A stretch of 64,000 bases of DNA from an uncultured Vicinamibacteraceae bacterium (GCA_964591245.1 CAZPZZ010000002.1:2896-66895), one strand, 5' to 3'. Shown: positions 18,355 to 28,706, counted from the first letter of the stretch. Numbers and translations: made by a program. Notes: a model not told the origin generated them from the letters alone.

Positions 18355-19974
18355 ATGAACAAGGAGATGATCATCTCCGCCAGCGGTCACGAGACGATGG
18401 CCGCCATTCTGGAAGACGACGAGGTCGTCGAGGTTTTCGTCGAGCGCGACAAGTCGCGCAGCGTCGCCGGGAATGTCTACAAAGGGCGCGTGTCGAAGGT
18501 GCTGCCTGGCATGCAGGCGGCCTTTGTCGATCTTGGCCTTGAGCGAGACGGCTTTCTCTACGTTTCCGACGTCATCGATCCGATGGCCGCTTTGGATGTG
18601 GACGCTACCGATGCCGAGGGCGCGGAGCTTTCCGATACAGAGGACAGCGGAGAGGAGTCGGCAGAGGGAACGGCAGAAAGTAGCGCGGCGCGGCCAAGTA
18701 GTGGCGCGGGGCGTGGGCGCCGTGGCCGAGGACGCGATCGTGACCGGCACGCGCCTGAGCAGCCAATCGACAAACTCCTGACGGCTGGGCAAGAGATTGT
18801 CGTCCAGGTGGTCAAGGAACCATTGGGTACCAAAGGAGCCAGGATAACGTCCCATGTGACGATTCCAGGTCGTTTCCTCGTCTACATGCCAACAGTCGAA
18901 CATATTGGCGTGTCTCGAAAGATCGTCTCCCGTGAACAGCGAGGCCGTCTGCGGCGGATTGTGCGGGATTTTCGTGCCGAGCATGAGATGCCTGGCGGTG
19001 TAATCATCCGCACGGCAGCGGCGGATCGTCCGGAAGAGGATATCCTCAGCGACCTGGCGTATTTTCACGAGTTATGGTCGGAGACCCTGAAGAAAGGCGA
19101 AAACCAACGGGCTCCGGCGGTGATCCATCGTGAAGAAAGTCTTGTCGCCAAGTTGTTACGTGACCTGCTGACCGAGGACTTTTCGGTTATTCGGATTGAC
19201 CATCGCGGGGAGTACCGCAAGGCCGTCAAGCTGATCGAGCGGATCATGCCGGATGTGTTGTCCCGGGTGCATCACTACGACAAGAATTTCCCGATCTTCG
19301 AAGAGTACGGGGTGCAGTCGGAAATTGACAAAGCACTTCGGAGCAAGGTCTGGCTGAAGTCCGGTGGCTATCTGGTCATCAATCAAACTGAGGCGCTGGG
19401 CGCCATCGACGTCAACACGGGGCGGTACGTGGGCAAGCGGACCGGCCGGTTGGAGGACACTATCGTCAAGACCAATTTAGAGGCCGCTCGGGAGATTGTC
19501 AGGCAGATTCGCCTACGAGACCTCGGGGGCATTATTGTGCTCGATTTCATCGATATGGAGGAGCGCAAGAATAGGCAGAAGGTCTATCAGACATTCGAAC
19601 AGGAAAGTCGTCGCGATCGGTCCCCGTCGAAGGCCGTGCAGGTCTCTGAATTTGGCTTGATTATCACGACGCGCAAGCGAGTTAAACAAAGCCTCGAGCG
19701 CCAACTCACGGACCCGTGTCCGTACTGTTCTGGCAGCGCAGTCGTGAAGTCGACATCGACCATCTGTTCCGAAATTTTGTCCGAGTTGCAGAAACTTGGT
19801 GCTGATCTAAACGGACATCGGGTACAGCTTCGGGTGAATCCCGATGTGGCGCGTGCCCTGAAGGCGGAGGAGCGGGGAGTCCTGAAGGCGATCGAGCGGT
19901 CTCTCGGAAAAGCTATTACCCTACGCTCAGACGCGATCTTGCATCATGAACAGTTCGACGTAATGGCGATGTGA
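18355..19974 (+). CDS. rng: Ribonuclease E/G family endoribonuclease (RNase G-like) with low-complexity insert
   Basis: The S1 domain reads GNVYKGRVSKVLPGMQAAFVDLGLERDGFLY. The catalytic core carries VQVVKEPLGTKGARITSHVTIPGRFLVYMP, AIDVNTG and IIVLDFIDM. Start placed at ATG 18355 (MNKEMIISAS). Confidence 0.85.
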   Translation: MNKEMIISASGHETMAAILEDDEVVEVFVERDKSRSVAGNVYKGRVSKVLPGMQAAFVDLGLERDGFLYVSDVIDPMAALDVDATDAEGAELSDTEDSGEESAEGTAESSAARPSSGAGRGRRGRGRDRDRHAPEQPIDKLLTAGQEIVVQVVKEPLGTKGARITSHVTIPGRFLVYMPTVEHIGVSRKIVSREQRGRLRRIVRDFRAEHEMPGGVIIRTAAADRPEEDILSDLAYFHELWSETLKKGENQRAPAVIHREESLVAKLLRDLLTEDFSVIRIDHRGEYRKAVKLIERIMPDVLSRVHHYDKNFPIFEEYGVQSEIDKALRSKVWLKSGGYLVINQTEALGAIDVNTGRYVGKRTGRLEDTIVKTNLEAAREIVRQIRLRDLGGIIVLDFIDMEERKNRQKVYQTFEQESRRDRSPSKAVQVSEFGLIITTRKRVKQSLERQLTDPCPYCSGSAVVKSTSTICSEILSELQKLGADLNGHRVQLRVNPDVARALKAEERGVLKAIERSLGKAITLRSDAILHHEQFDVMAM

Positions 19975-20111
19975 GCCGTGGGGGAGGGCAATCCGCGATC
20001 CTTGGTGCGGCGATGAACTGTCAATCGAGAGGATACGGGAGCCAGAAATCGATGGTACGCCACTGGCAAGAGGGCGAGGGTTGAGCAGGAGAAGGTAGGC
20101 GTGCGAAAGCG

Positions 20112-20567
20112 TTAGCTGACGACCAGGTGAATGAAATAATGCGTGTCGCTTTGGTTCACCCAGATCCGTAGATACTCGTTCTCTCGCAGAGTTTCGATTC
20201 GTGCCGTGCCACTCGCTGGCGGTGCACTCTTCGCGACATCGGAGATCTCGCTTCCGGGCACAATACTCACGACTTCCCGACCTTGCACTGTACCAGCTTG
20301 GCGGAACTCCACCCACCGTTCCAGGACAGCAAGTTGGCCTGGAGCCTCTGGGTCGGCCTGGGCTGCTGTGACGAAGACGTCGTAGGCGCCGGAGACCAGG
20401 GTCTCGCCGTTGGCCATGACCTGTCTCGGGAGTTCGACGGAGCCCAGGCTCACTTCGCCGGTCGGCACATTGACCTCTCCCGGGGCGGATTGTGCGGCGA
20501 GGTTGGTGATCGCGAATCCAAGAACAGCACAGGCTGCAAAGAATTTGACACACCTTTGTTGATTCAT
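20112..20567 (-). CDS. Exported hypothetical protein
   Basis: Signal peptide MNQQRCVKFFAACAVLGFAITNLAAQS. I recognise no family motifs. Confidence 0.5.
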   Translation of the reverse strand: MNQQRCVKFFAACAVLGFAITNLAAQSAPGEVNVPTGEVSLGSVELPRQVMANGETLVSGAYDVFVTAAQADPEAPGQLAVLERWVEFRQAGTVQGREVVSIVPGSEISDVAKSAPPASGTARIETLRENEYLRIWVNQSDTHYFIHLVVS

Positions 20568-20683
20568 ACGTCCTCCACACCGGGTGCTATGCTCGGTCGG
20601 AGCAGCCGAACCGATAGCGCCTCATCATACCAGAAACGCCGTACCTTGCCTGCCGTCGAGTGTGAGATCGGCGCTCCAGTTTG

Positions 20684-21001
20684 CTACAGCCGTGTCGGCC
20701 AGCGGATGGCAGGAAAGTGACGGATCGTTGTGCGGGCGATCACCAATCCCTCCCGTTGGAGTAGCTGTCGCTTCAGGGCGGGATCACTGTAGCCACCCAG
20801 GCGTCCCCCAGCTCCAACGACCCGATGGCACGGGACACTGGGCGAGCGACAGGTGCGCATGATAGAGCCGACCCGGCGCCAGGCCCGTGGCCGCCCCGCG
20901 AGAGCCGCAACGTCTCCATATGTCGAGACGCGCCCCGGTGGAATTCGACGGACCACGTGCAGGACGCGCGCTTGAAAGGATCCGGTGCTGTCAGCAGGCA
21001 C
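20684..21001 (-). CDS. MGMT-family protein (stand-alone O6-alkylguanine-DNA alkyltransferase DNA-binding/active-site domain)
   Basis: GRVSTYGDVAALAG...VPCHRVVGAGGRLGGY retains the PCHRV active-site cysteine motif. The protein is only 105 aa and has no N-terminal Ada/Ogt domain. Confidence 0.8.
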   Translation of the reverse strand: MPADSTGSFQARVLHVVRRIPPGRVSTYGDVAALAGRPRAWRRVGSIMRTCRSPSVPCHRVVGAGGRLGGYSDPALKRQLLQREGLVIARTTIRHFPAIRWPTRL

Positions 21002-21029
21002 AAATTTGGCCAGATGGAACGTCGGGAGC

Positions 21030-21545
21030 TTAGCCCTTGGGTGTGGTTTTCCAGATCTCGTGGATCACGCCAGCCTGAATGAGCTTCGTCGCGAAAACAA
21101 TCTGACCGGCGTGCGTTGTGAAGTGCAGCACCTGATTCATGATGATTTCCGCGTACGTCGCGGGTGTGCCGGTCAGGTCGGTCACTTCGGAGAGCTGGGT
21201 GGGGTCAAACTGTCGGAGGGCCTGGTCGGCTTCCAGCATCGCCGTGTCGAAATGGGCTTGGAGCGTTTCCTTGTTTGGCGGTGTGACTGTTCCACGGCCG
21301 GCCTCGAACTCGGCATCGCGGTCTCGTTGATAACCGCTGTTGCCCACGCCGTGCCCAATGTAGAAGCGAGTCGACCCAGCCAGATGAAGCACTAGGTTAC
21401 CGATGGCGTTGGATTCCTCATTGGAGCGCCACCAGAGCTGACCATCGTTGAGAGCCTCGAGACAGGTGCGTACCTGTCCGGCTTGATGTGTGATGAGGCG
21501 CGCCCGCGCCAGTTCCAGAAGAGTGCGGTTGCTTTCGTCGGTCAT
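21030..21545 (-). CDS. DinB-superfamily protein (DUF1572-like)
   Basis: LWWRSNEESNAIGNLVLHLAGSTRFYIGHG...RDRDAEF and HFTTHAGQIVFATK match the four-helix-bundle DinB/DUF1572 pattern. Confidence 0.7.
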   Translation of the reverse strand: MTDESNRTLLELARARLITHQAGQVRTCLEALNDGQLWWRSNEESNAIGNLVLHLAGSTRFYIGHGVGNSGYQRDRDAEFEAGRGTVTPPNKETLQAHFDTAMLEADQALRQFDPTQLSEVTDLTGTPATYAEIIMNQVLHFTTHAGQIVFATKLIQAGVIHEIWKTTPKG

Positions 21546-21637
21546 AACGGCTTAGTCAGCACTAGAGGGGCTGAAACGAGAGTTTCGAGACGCGCCCGTG
21601 CCGCGGAGGGTGCCACTCAGGCCGTCGCTCCGCGTAG

Positions 21638-22207
21638 TTACGCTCGCCGGACAATTGGTAGATAGCATACCCCAGCCATCACGACATCGTAGATCGCACA
21701 GGCAGTGGCGTACCAATCGGGGAGTGAGTCGGCCGGAAGAACACTGGCACCATGAATCAGGTCTACGATGGCATGTCCGCCGAATCCCACGGTCAACATG
21801 GTAAGTGCGATGTGAGGGGACTGAGTCACTGCGACTGAGGCCAGCATCAGAAAACCGATGGCGAGGGCGATGTCGACGCCACTGCCTGCGGTTGCCGCCT
21901 GAGCGAGCGAGAAGCCGATGTAAGTGCCCGCGACCAAGGCCAGGACCAATGCCGCGAATTGGGCAAGTCGAAGCTCGGCGACTAGCCGTGTCGGCGATGC
22001 CGGGTCGCTCTGTATCGCGTGTCTGGACAACCGAATCATCGCAAACGCGATAAGGATAGAAGTCACGGCAAGGGCACGGGCTGCGTCGGTCATGGATGTT
22101 GTCACCGGATGGTAGAGCTGTCCGCGTGGATCGCTATCGTAGCCGGCTCCGGGGCGCAGCGCCATCCCGGGGGCCTGGTCTTTGCAGTTGATCACTTCCT
22201 GGGACAA
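21638..22207 (-). CDS. Hypothetical integral membrane protein
   Basis: About four hydrophobic helices are visible, for example ALAVTSILIAFAMI, FAALVLALVAGTYIGF, IALAIGFLMLASVAV and ALTMLTVGFGGHAIV. A shorter start at ATG 22093 (MTDAARAL) is equally plausible. Confidence 0.5.
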   Translation of the reverse strand: MSQEVINCKDQAPGMALRPGAGYDSDPRGQLYHPVTTSMTDAARALAVTSILIAFAMIRLSRHAIQSDPASPTRLVAELRLAQFAALVLALVAGTYIGFSLAQAATAGSGVDIALAIGFLMLASVAVTQSPHIALTMLTVGFGGHAIVDLIHGASVLPADSLPDWYATACAIYDVVMAGVCYLPIVRRA

Positions 22208-22231
22208 GGTTGATCACCCTGTGATCCGCAT

Positions 22232-23602
22232 ATGATCAGCGCCGTCATGCTTACTTTGCTCTCGGGCCGCTCCGTTCCTGCTGATTGGCGACCACGTCTC
22301 GTCTTAGCTCTCGTGGCAGTGTCGTTAGGGGGAGCTGCGTTGTGGCTGCAGGACGTGATTGACCCGCGTTTCCGCGCGGTGGCAGGCATCGTGGCGTTTC
22401 TATCGGTGGCTGGAGCCTGTTCCGCACATCTGTCCGCGGTCAACCTCCGGCTTGTGGTCAGTGGTGTTGCCCTGCAGGTTGCCCTGGCAATCTTCATTCT
22501 AAAATTTGAGGTGGCAGGCGTACGTCTCGGCTACGAATTCTTCGCGTGGGCGGCGGCCGTTGCGACTCAGTTCTTGGAATTCACCAATGCGGGTTCCCAA
22601 TTTGTATTTGGCGTGCTGGCGGATCCTGTTCAGATGGGGGAACAATTCTCCGATGGCTTCGTACTGGCGTTTGCATCCCTACCCATTCTCATTTTCATGT
22701 CATCGGTGTTCATGGTGCTCTACCACCTGGGAGTGCTCCAGCTTGTAGTGAAGGTCATGGCCCGGGTTATGGCCCGGATCATGGGTACCAGCGGCGCCGA
22801 GAGTCTGTCAGCGGCGGCGAATGTGTTCTTGGGAGTCACGGAGGCGCCGATCGCCGTTCGGCCCTACATCATGAGGATGACGCAGTCGGAATTGCTTGCG
22901 CTGATGACGGGGGGATTAGCGACGATTGCTGGTTCGGTGATGGCGATTTATATCAGCTTGGGCGCAGATCCGGTGGGTGTCTTGACGACCAGCGTGATGG
23001 CGGCCCCGTGTGGTCTCTACCTGGCGAAGATTCTGCTACCAGAACAGGAGGTTCCCGAAACGACGGGCACCGTGCGAATGGAGGTTGAGCGTGAGCACGT
23101 TAATGTTATCGATGCGTTAGCGGCCGGGGCTTCAGACGGTACCAGACTGGCGATCAATGTGGGGGCGATGCTTATTGCGTTTCTTGCTTGTATCGCGATG
23201 GTTGATCACGGTCTTGGGGTCGTGCACCGCGACTTGTCGCTGGCTGTAATTTTCGGATGGCTGTTCGCGCCGGTCGCAGCGTTATTGGGGGTGGCGTCAG
23301 TAGATCTTCCAATGGTCTCTGACTTGCTAGGGACGAAGCTGGCGACCAACGAATTCGTTGCGTTCATCAAGCTGAACACGGCCTATCTCGACCGTATGAC
23401 CGACCATACGCGAGTCGTGGTGACGTTTGCGTTAACAGGTTTTGCTAACTTCGGATCACTTGGAATATTGCTCGGAGGTATCGGTGGCCTTGCTCCGGCC
23501 CGGCGGCCTGATCTGGCCCGGCTGGGCCCAAAGGCTCTGTTGGGTGGTTTTCTGGCGACGTTGATCAATGCAGCGATTGCCTCAGTGCTGGTAGAGCATT
23601 AG
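22232..23602 (+). CDS. NupC/NupG-family (CNT) nucleoside transporter
   Basis: FLEFTNAGSQFVFG, ESLSAAANVFLGVTEAP and GTKLATNEFVAF are concentrative nucleoside transporter signatures. The N-terminal ~45 aa are extra, so the start is uncertain. Confidence 0.85.
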   Translation: MISAVMLTLLSGRSVPADWRPRLVLALVAVSLGGAALWLQDVIDPRFRAVAGIVAFLSVAGACSAHLSAVNLRLVVSGVALQVALAIFILKFEVAGVRLGYEFFAWAAAVATQFLEFTNAGSQFVFGVLADPVQMGEQFSDGFVLAFASLPILIFMSSVFMVLYHLGVLQLVVKVMARVMARIMGTSGAESLSAAANVFLGVTEAPIAVRPYIMRMTQSELLALMTGGLATIAGSVMAIYISLGADPVGVLTTSVMAAPCGLYLAKILLPEQEVPETTGTVRMEVEREHVNVIDALAAGASDGTRLAINVGAMLIAFLACIAMVDHGLGVVHRDLSLAVIFGWLFAPVAALLGVASVDLPMVSDLLGTKLATNEFVAFIKLNTAYLDRMTDHTRVVVTFALTGFANFGSLGILLGGIGGLAPARRPDLARLGPKALLGGFLATLINAAIASVLVEH

Positions 23603-23677
23603 CCTCTCTGCGGCTGGCGCGGCGGCGTTGCGCGAATTCGCTATCATTGAAGGCTCGGTATCGGAGGATAGGCGCAG

Positions 23678-24748
23678 ATGTTGCCAACTATTGGCTGGGA
23701 AGACGGCGAAGTCGTGATGGTGGACCAGCGGAAGTTACCTTCTCGCGAGGTATATGTCCGCTGTCGTACGGCTCGGGAGGTGGCCAAGGCTATCCGTACC
23801 ATGGTCATTCGTGGCGCGCCCGCGATCGGGGTAGCCGCGGCAATGGGAATTGCACTGGAGTTGCGTCGAAGCACGGCGTCGGGTACGACGCAGTTGGCCA
23901 AAGAGTTTTATCGCGCATGCGACCTACTGGCCGAGACACGCCCGACGGCCGTCAACCTGTTTTGGGCAATTCAGCGTATGAAACGTGTGTTTGCGGACGC
24001 GATGCGTGCCGGTCATTCGACTGACGAACTGAAAGCCGCCCTGGAGAGTGAGGCGCGGGGTGTGCATGACGAGGACGTCGCGAATTGCCGTGCGCTCGGC
24101 CGTCATGGGGCGGCCGTGGTGCCAACGGAGGCCAACGTGTTGACCCACTGCAATGCGGGCGCGCTAGCGACGGGCGGGTATGGTTCTGCGCTCGGGGTGG
24201 TGCGGGCTGCCGTGGAATCAGGTAAGCGTGTCGCCGTGTACGCCGATGAGACACGACCGTTCTTGCAGGGAGCGCGGCTTACGGCATGGGAGCTTGTTCG
24301 CGAGGGTATCGAGACGACTGTCATTACAGATGGCATGTCCGGGTCGCTCATGCGTGCCGGACGGGTTGACGTGGTCGTTGTTGGGGCGGACCGGATTGCC
24401 GCCAATGGGGACGTTGCTAACAAGATTGGCACATATACGGTCGCTGTGCTCGCGAAGGAACACGGTGTCCCCTTCTATGTGGCGGCCCCGGTGTCGACCA
24501 TTGATCTTGAGACCCTGGATGGGACGGAGATTCCCATCGAAGAGCGGGACGCTCGTGAAATCACGCATTTGGGGGCTACCCAGCTGACACCGACGGAGGC
24601 GAGTGTCTGGAATCCAGCATTCGATGTGACACCAGCTTCGTTCGTCGCCGGAATTATCACGGAGTATGGCATTTGTCATGCGCCGTTTACTGAGAGTCTA
24701 CGAGCGGTGTGTACCCAAGCGGAGCAGGAAAGGAACGACGTGAAGTGA
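23678..24748 (+). CDS. mtnA: S-methyl-5-thioribose-1-phosphate isomerase
   Basis: [66 protein letters not shown] and [18 protein letters not shown] are the MtnA/eIF-2B-related family signatures. Confidence 0.9.
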   Translation: MLPTIGWEDGEVVMVDQRKLPSREVYVRCRTAREVAKAIRTMVIRGAPAIGVAAAMGIALELRRSTASGTTQLAKEFYRACDLLAETRPTAVNLFWAIQRMKRVFADAMRAGHSTDELKAALESEARGVHDEDVANCRALGRHGAAVVPTEANVLTHCNAGALATGGYGSALGVVRAAVESGKRVAVYADETRPFLQGARLTAWELVREGIETTVITDGMSGSLMRAGRVDVVVVGADRIAANGDVANKIGTYTVAVLAKEHGVPFYVAAPVSTIDLETLDGTEIPIEERDAREITHLGATQLTPTEASVWNPAFDVTPASFVAGIITEYGICHAPFTESLRAVCTQAEQERNDVK

Positions 24749-25845
24749 AGAAGACGACCGTATTGGCGATCGAGACATCGTGCGACGAGACGGCAGCCGC
24801 AGTCGCGTTTGGGGACGCACGTGGTCCCACGTCCTGGGAGATCAGTTCTAGCGTCATTGCGTCGCAGGTGGAGATCCACCGGGAATGGGGCGGGGTGGTT
24901 CCGGAACTCGCGTCCCGCCAGCATCTGCGGGACATCTGCGGTGTTGTCCAGCGGGCGCTCCACGATGGGGGTGTGGGATGGACGCAACTTGATGCGATTG
25001 CCGTGACGCAGGGGCCGGGGTTGGTGGGATCGCTGCTCGTCGGAGTCGCGTTTGCCAAGTCATTGGCGCTCGCCTTGGCCAGGCCTCTCGTGCCTGTGCA
25101 CCATTTGGCGGGGCACATCGAATCGCTGTTTCTCTGTGACCCCGATTTGCCATTGCCGGCGGTGGTGCTGGTGGTCTCTGGAGGGCATACAAGCCTCTAT
25201 CATTTGCCGGAAGCCGGTGTGTACCGATTAGTTGGTCGCACCCGTGATGACGCCGCCGGCGAGGCATTTGACAAGGTCGCGAAGTTACTGGGTCTCACGT
25301 ATCCCGGGGGGCCGGTTGTTGATCGGTTGGCGCGAGATGGCGATGAATCAGCCATTCAATTTCCGGTGGCCCGGATGACCCACGCGGATCGGGCTGCGGG
25401 GCCACAGACGGGGTCGCTGCCGGGTTTCCCCCGGCGGGCCGCCGGGGAACTGGATTTCAGTTTCAGTGGTCTCAAGACTGCTGTGGCTCGGCACGTACAG
25501 CGTCGGCGTGAGAGTAATCAGGCCCCTTTGCCTGACGGGGAGATCGCTGACGTGTGCGCGAGCTTTCAGCGGGCTGTCATCGATGCATTACTCGGCCGCG
25601 CGTTCGACGCGGCTCGGCGGTTTGGGGCACGCACGTTGGGGATCGCCGGAGGGGTGTCGGCCAACAGTCGGCTGCGTCAGGACGCGGCCGACCGCGCGGC
25701 GGCGAGCGACGTGCGGCTTGTTCTTCCGACCTTGCATCTTGCAACGGACAACGCGGCCATGATTGCGGCCGCTGGCTTGCGGCAGTTTTGCGACGGTGCT
25801 ACCGGAGCGTTGGATCTCAACGCCAAGGCCACGTTGCCATTGTGA
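24745..25845 (+). CDS. tsaD: tRNA N6-adenosine threonylcarbamoyltransferase TsaD
   Basis: [50 protein letters not shown] and GVSANSRL are Kae1/TsaD motifs. I chose GTG 24745 ([10 protein letters not shown]), which overlaps the mtnA stop as GTGA. Confidence 0.9.
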   Translation: MKKTTVLAIETSCDETAAAVAFGDARGPTSWEISSSVIASQVEIHREWGGVVPELASRQHLRDICGVVQRALHDGGVGWTQLDAIAVTQGPGLVGSLLVGVAFAKSLALALARPLVPVHHLAGHIESLFLCDPDLPLPAVVLVVSGGHTSLYHLPEAGVYRLVGRTRDDAAGEAFDKVAKLLGLTYPGGPVVDRLARDGDESAIQFPVARMTHADRAAGPQTGSLPGFPRRAAGELDFSFSGLKTAVARHVQRRRESNQAPLPDGEIADVCASFQRAVIDALLGRAFDAARRFGARTLGIAGGVSANSRLRQDAADRAAASDVRLVLPTLHLATDNAAMIAAAGLRQFCDGATGALDLNAKATLPL

Positions 25846-25852
25846 TCCCGTT

Positions 25853-26281
25853 ATGGCGTCTCGCGAATATCCGTCACGTCCGATCGTCGCAGTGGGCGGA
25901 GTAGTGTTTATCGATGATCGGGTCGTGCTGGTCAAGCGTCGCAATGAACCGCTCGTTGGTCGCTGGAGTTTACCGGGTGGAGCCGTGGAAGTCGGTGAGA
26001 CGCTTCAAGAGGCGTTGCGCCGAGAGCTTCGCGAGGAGCTTGGCATCGAAGTAGCGGTGGGGCCGTTGATCGAGTTGCTGGATCGCATAACCCGTGACGA
26101 GAAGGGGCGAATCCGGTATCACTACGTGCTTGCCGACTATGTCTGTGGTCGCGTCAGCGGAACGTTGCGGCCTGGATCTGACGCCGGAACCCTGGCGCTC
26201 GCCGACCCGGATGAGCTTGCGCCGTACGAGCTGACTGAGCGTGCCGTGGCGGTGATTGCCCAGGCGTCATTACTGCGATAA
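25853..26281 (+). CDS. NUDIX hydrolase
   Basis: A canonical Nudix box is present: GGAVEVGETLQEALRRELREELGI. Start at ATG 25853 (MASREYPSRP). Confidence 0.85.
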   Translation: MASREYPSRPIVAVGGVVFIDDRVVLVKRRNEPLVGRWSLPGGAVEVGETLQEALRRELREELGIEVAVGPLIELLDRITRDEKGRIRYHYVLADYVCGRVSGTLRPGSDAGTLALADPDELAPYELTERAVAVIAQASLLR

Positions 26282-26407
26282 CCTCGCTGCAATCCGAGTA
26301 CTATACGTCCTTCGGCTGACGAGGACCCTCCGTGCACGTACGGTTCTTGGCGCGTGGGTGTCGAGCCATTCATCTGATGAGACTGTCACACGAGGGAACC
26401 AACCGCA

Positions 26408-27760
26408 ATGGCAGCGAAGCCCTGGTACCAACAGAGCCACTGGCGCATCCTCCTGTCCTTGGGTCTAGGACTTTTCTACGGGGTCGTGGCGGCCTTCGCT
26501 GGATGGGGGGCGTTCACCGCCGATTGGATTGCGCCGTTTGGGGCGGTCTTCTTTCGGATGCTCCTGTTTGTAGCGGTACCGCTGGTGCTGGCCTCGCTCA
26601 TTACGGGAATTGCGTCACTCTCTGACTTGAACAAGCTGTCGCGGATTGGTGGCAGGACAATCGCCATTTATCTCGGGACGACGCTGGTCGCCTTGGTCAT
26701 CGGTCTGACGCTAGTCAACCTCATCCAGCCCGGTCGAGCCGTTCCGGATAGTATTCGGGCAAGTCTTCAAGAGACTTACGAGACTGATGTCGCCGCACGC
26801 GAAGGTCAGGCGGAGGCCGCGAGCGAGCGCGGACCATTAGAGCCTCTGGTCGACATGGTGCCGGAGAATATCGTCTTCGCGGCGTCCGACAATCGGCGCA
26901 TGCTGAACGTGGTGTTCATCGCCGTGATGTTCGGGGTGGCATTGATGTTAGTCCCGAAGGCGAAGGCAGAACCGCTGTTGGCGCTGTTTGAGAGTCTCGA
27001 TGCGGTGATCATCAAGCTGGTCGAGCTCATTATTCGGGTGGCGCCAGTGGGTGTGTTCGCGTTGATTGCGGATACGGTCACCCGGATCGCCGGTGATAGC
27101 CCGGCTGACGTGTGGCAATTGCTTGGCGCACTCGGGTTGTACTGTTTCACGGTGTTGTTCGGCCTGGCCCTTCAGATGTTTGTGACCTATCCAGCGCTTT
27201 TGCGGTTTCTGACTCCGCTTCGGCTCGGACATTTTTTCCGCGGTATGGTGCAGGCCCAGCTGGTGGCGTTCTCGACCTCATCCAGCGCGGCGACCCTGCC
27301 GCTGACCATGAAGAGTGCTCAAAAGAACCTGGGCGTATCCGAGGAAGTCGCCTCGTTCGTCCTGCCGTTAGGTGCGACCATTAATATGGACGGTACCGGG
27401 CTCTATCAGGCGGTGGCGGCCGTGTTTATCGCGCAAACACTGGGTATCCCGCTGGGCTTGGATGAACAGTTGACGATTGTTTTTCTCGCCCTTCTCGCTT
27501 CGGTTGGAACAGCTGCGGTTCCAAGTGCTGGTGTCGTTATGCTGGTGGTGATTCTCGAAACCATCGGGGTGCCCGCTGCCGGTGTCGCATTGATTCTCGG
27601 GGTAGATCGTATCCTCGACATGGCGCGGACCGCGGCTAATGTTACCGGCGACGCTGCTGTGGCCACCATCGTCGCAGCGAGCGAGCAGCAACTCCATCCC
27701 GTCGATGCGGAACCACCTCCCACGGCTGGGGGGGCGTACGATCACGTGGAGGATTCATGA
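26408..27760 (+). CDS. Dicarboxylate/amino acid:cation symporter (DAACS/GltP family)
   Basis: FSTSSSAATLP, GATINMDGT and VDRILDMARTAANVTGDA are DAACS signature segments. The protein is polytopic. Confidence 0.85.
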   Translation: MAAKPWYQQSHWRILLSLGLGLFYGVVAAFAGWGAFTADWIAPFGAVFFRMLLFVAVPLVLASLITGIASLSDLNKLSRIGGRTIAIYLGTTLVALVIGLTLVNLIQPGRAVPDSIRASLQETYETDVAAREGQAEAASERGPLEPLVDMVPENIVFAASDNRRMLNVVFIAVMFGVALMLVPKAKAEPLLALFESLDAVIIKLVELIIRVAPVGVFALIADTVTRIAGDSPADVWQLLGALGLYCFTVLFGLALQMFVTYPALLRFLTPLRLGHFFRGMVQAQLVAFSTSSSAATLPLTMKSAQKNLGVSEEVASFVLPLGATINMDGTGLYQAVAAVFIAQTLGIPLGLDEQLTIVFLALLASVGTAAVPSAGVVMLVVILETIGVPAAGVALILGVDRILDMARTAANVTGDAAVATIVAASEQQLHPVDAEPPPTAGGAYDHVEDS

Positions 27761-28326
27761 CGCCCAACCGCGCTGATGCGTGGAGCTTGCTTACCGAGTA
27801 CACCCGCAACGACCGCCTGTTAAAACATGGGTTGGCCGTTGAGGCGGCCGTGCGGGGGTATGCGAGGGAATTTGGAGAAGATGAAGAGGCATGGGGAATT
27901 GTGGCCTTGCTCCACGACTTTGACTACGAGCGGTGGCCCGCGCCGGAGGACCATCCCTTTCGTGGATGTGAGATCCTCCGCGAACGCGGCTACCCGGAGT
28001 ACGTCATGCGTGCCATTCTGTCGCACGCAGATTACACCGGCGTGATCCGGGAGTCACGGCTTGAACACACGTTATTTGCGTGCGACGAGATGGCCGGTTT
28101 CGTGACCGCGGCGGCGCTCGTGCGACCTTCCCGTAGTGTGTTGGACCTCGAAGCGAAGTCTGTCAAGAAGCGGATGAAGGACAAAGCGTTCGCCAGGGCG
28201 GTTCCACGGGAGGACCTCCGCCAGGGCGCGGAAGAACTCGGGCTTTCGCTCGATGTGCACATCGCCAACGTCATTGCCTTCATGCGGCTGTGTGCGGACA
28301 ATCTTGGATTGAAGGGGAGCTTGTAG
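27757..28326 (+). CDS. HD-domain metal-dependent phosphohydrolase
   Basis: HGLAVEAAVRGYA...VALLHDFDYERW...ILSHADYTG gives the H...HD...H pattern. The ATG overlaps the upstream stop by 4 nt. Confidence 0.75.
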   Translation: MTPNRADAWSLLTEYTRNDRLLKHGLAVEAAVRGYAREFGEDEEAWGIVALLHDFDYERWPAPEDHPFRGCEILRERGYPEYVMRAILSHADYTGVIRESRLEHTLFACDEMAGFVTAAALVRPSRSVLDLEAKSVKKRMKDKAFARAVPREDLRQGAEELGLSLDVHIANVIAFMRLCADNLGLKGSL

Positions 28327-28706
28327 TAGGGCGCGTGTCGACGTCCGCCGTCGTAGTCTCGTGTTGATATGTGTGGGCGAGTACGACTCCGCCTGAAATC
28401 CGCCCTGGTCCATTCCTCGCTCCGCTGACGACGGCTCCGGATCTCGTCTGCTCTTTGCAGTTCTTGGAGTGGCTAGGCCCCTGGTAGTACGCGGAGTTCC
28501 GGTCCGCATGCCGTGTCCCGACGAATCTCAACCAGGTACTGCCGTTCAAGGATTCCTGGGACTGTCAAGCGGTTTGTTATGATGGAGAACTGACGTGTCG
28601 TCTCGGAGCGTGCCTGTGTGATGTTTGCGTGTGGCCTGGCGAAGCGACGTGTCAAGAAGGACACGCCCGCTCAGGGAATCCGGTGGTGGAGCGTCGAAGG
28701 GTATTG

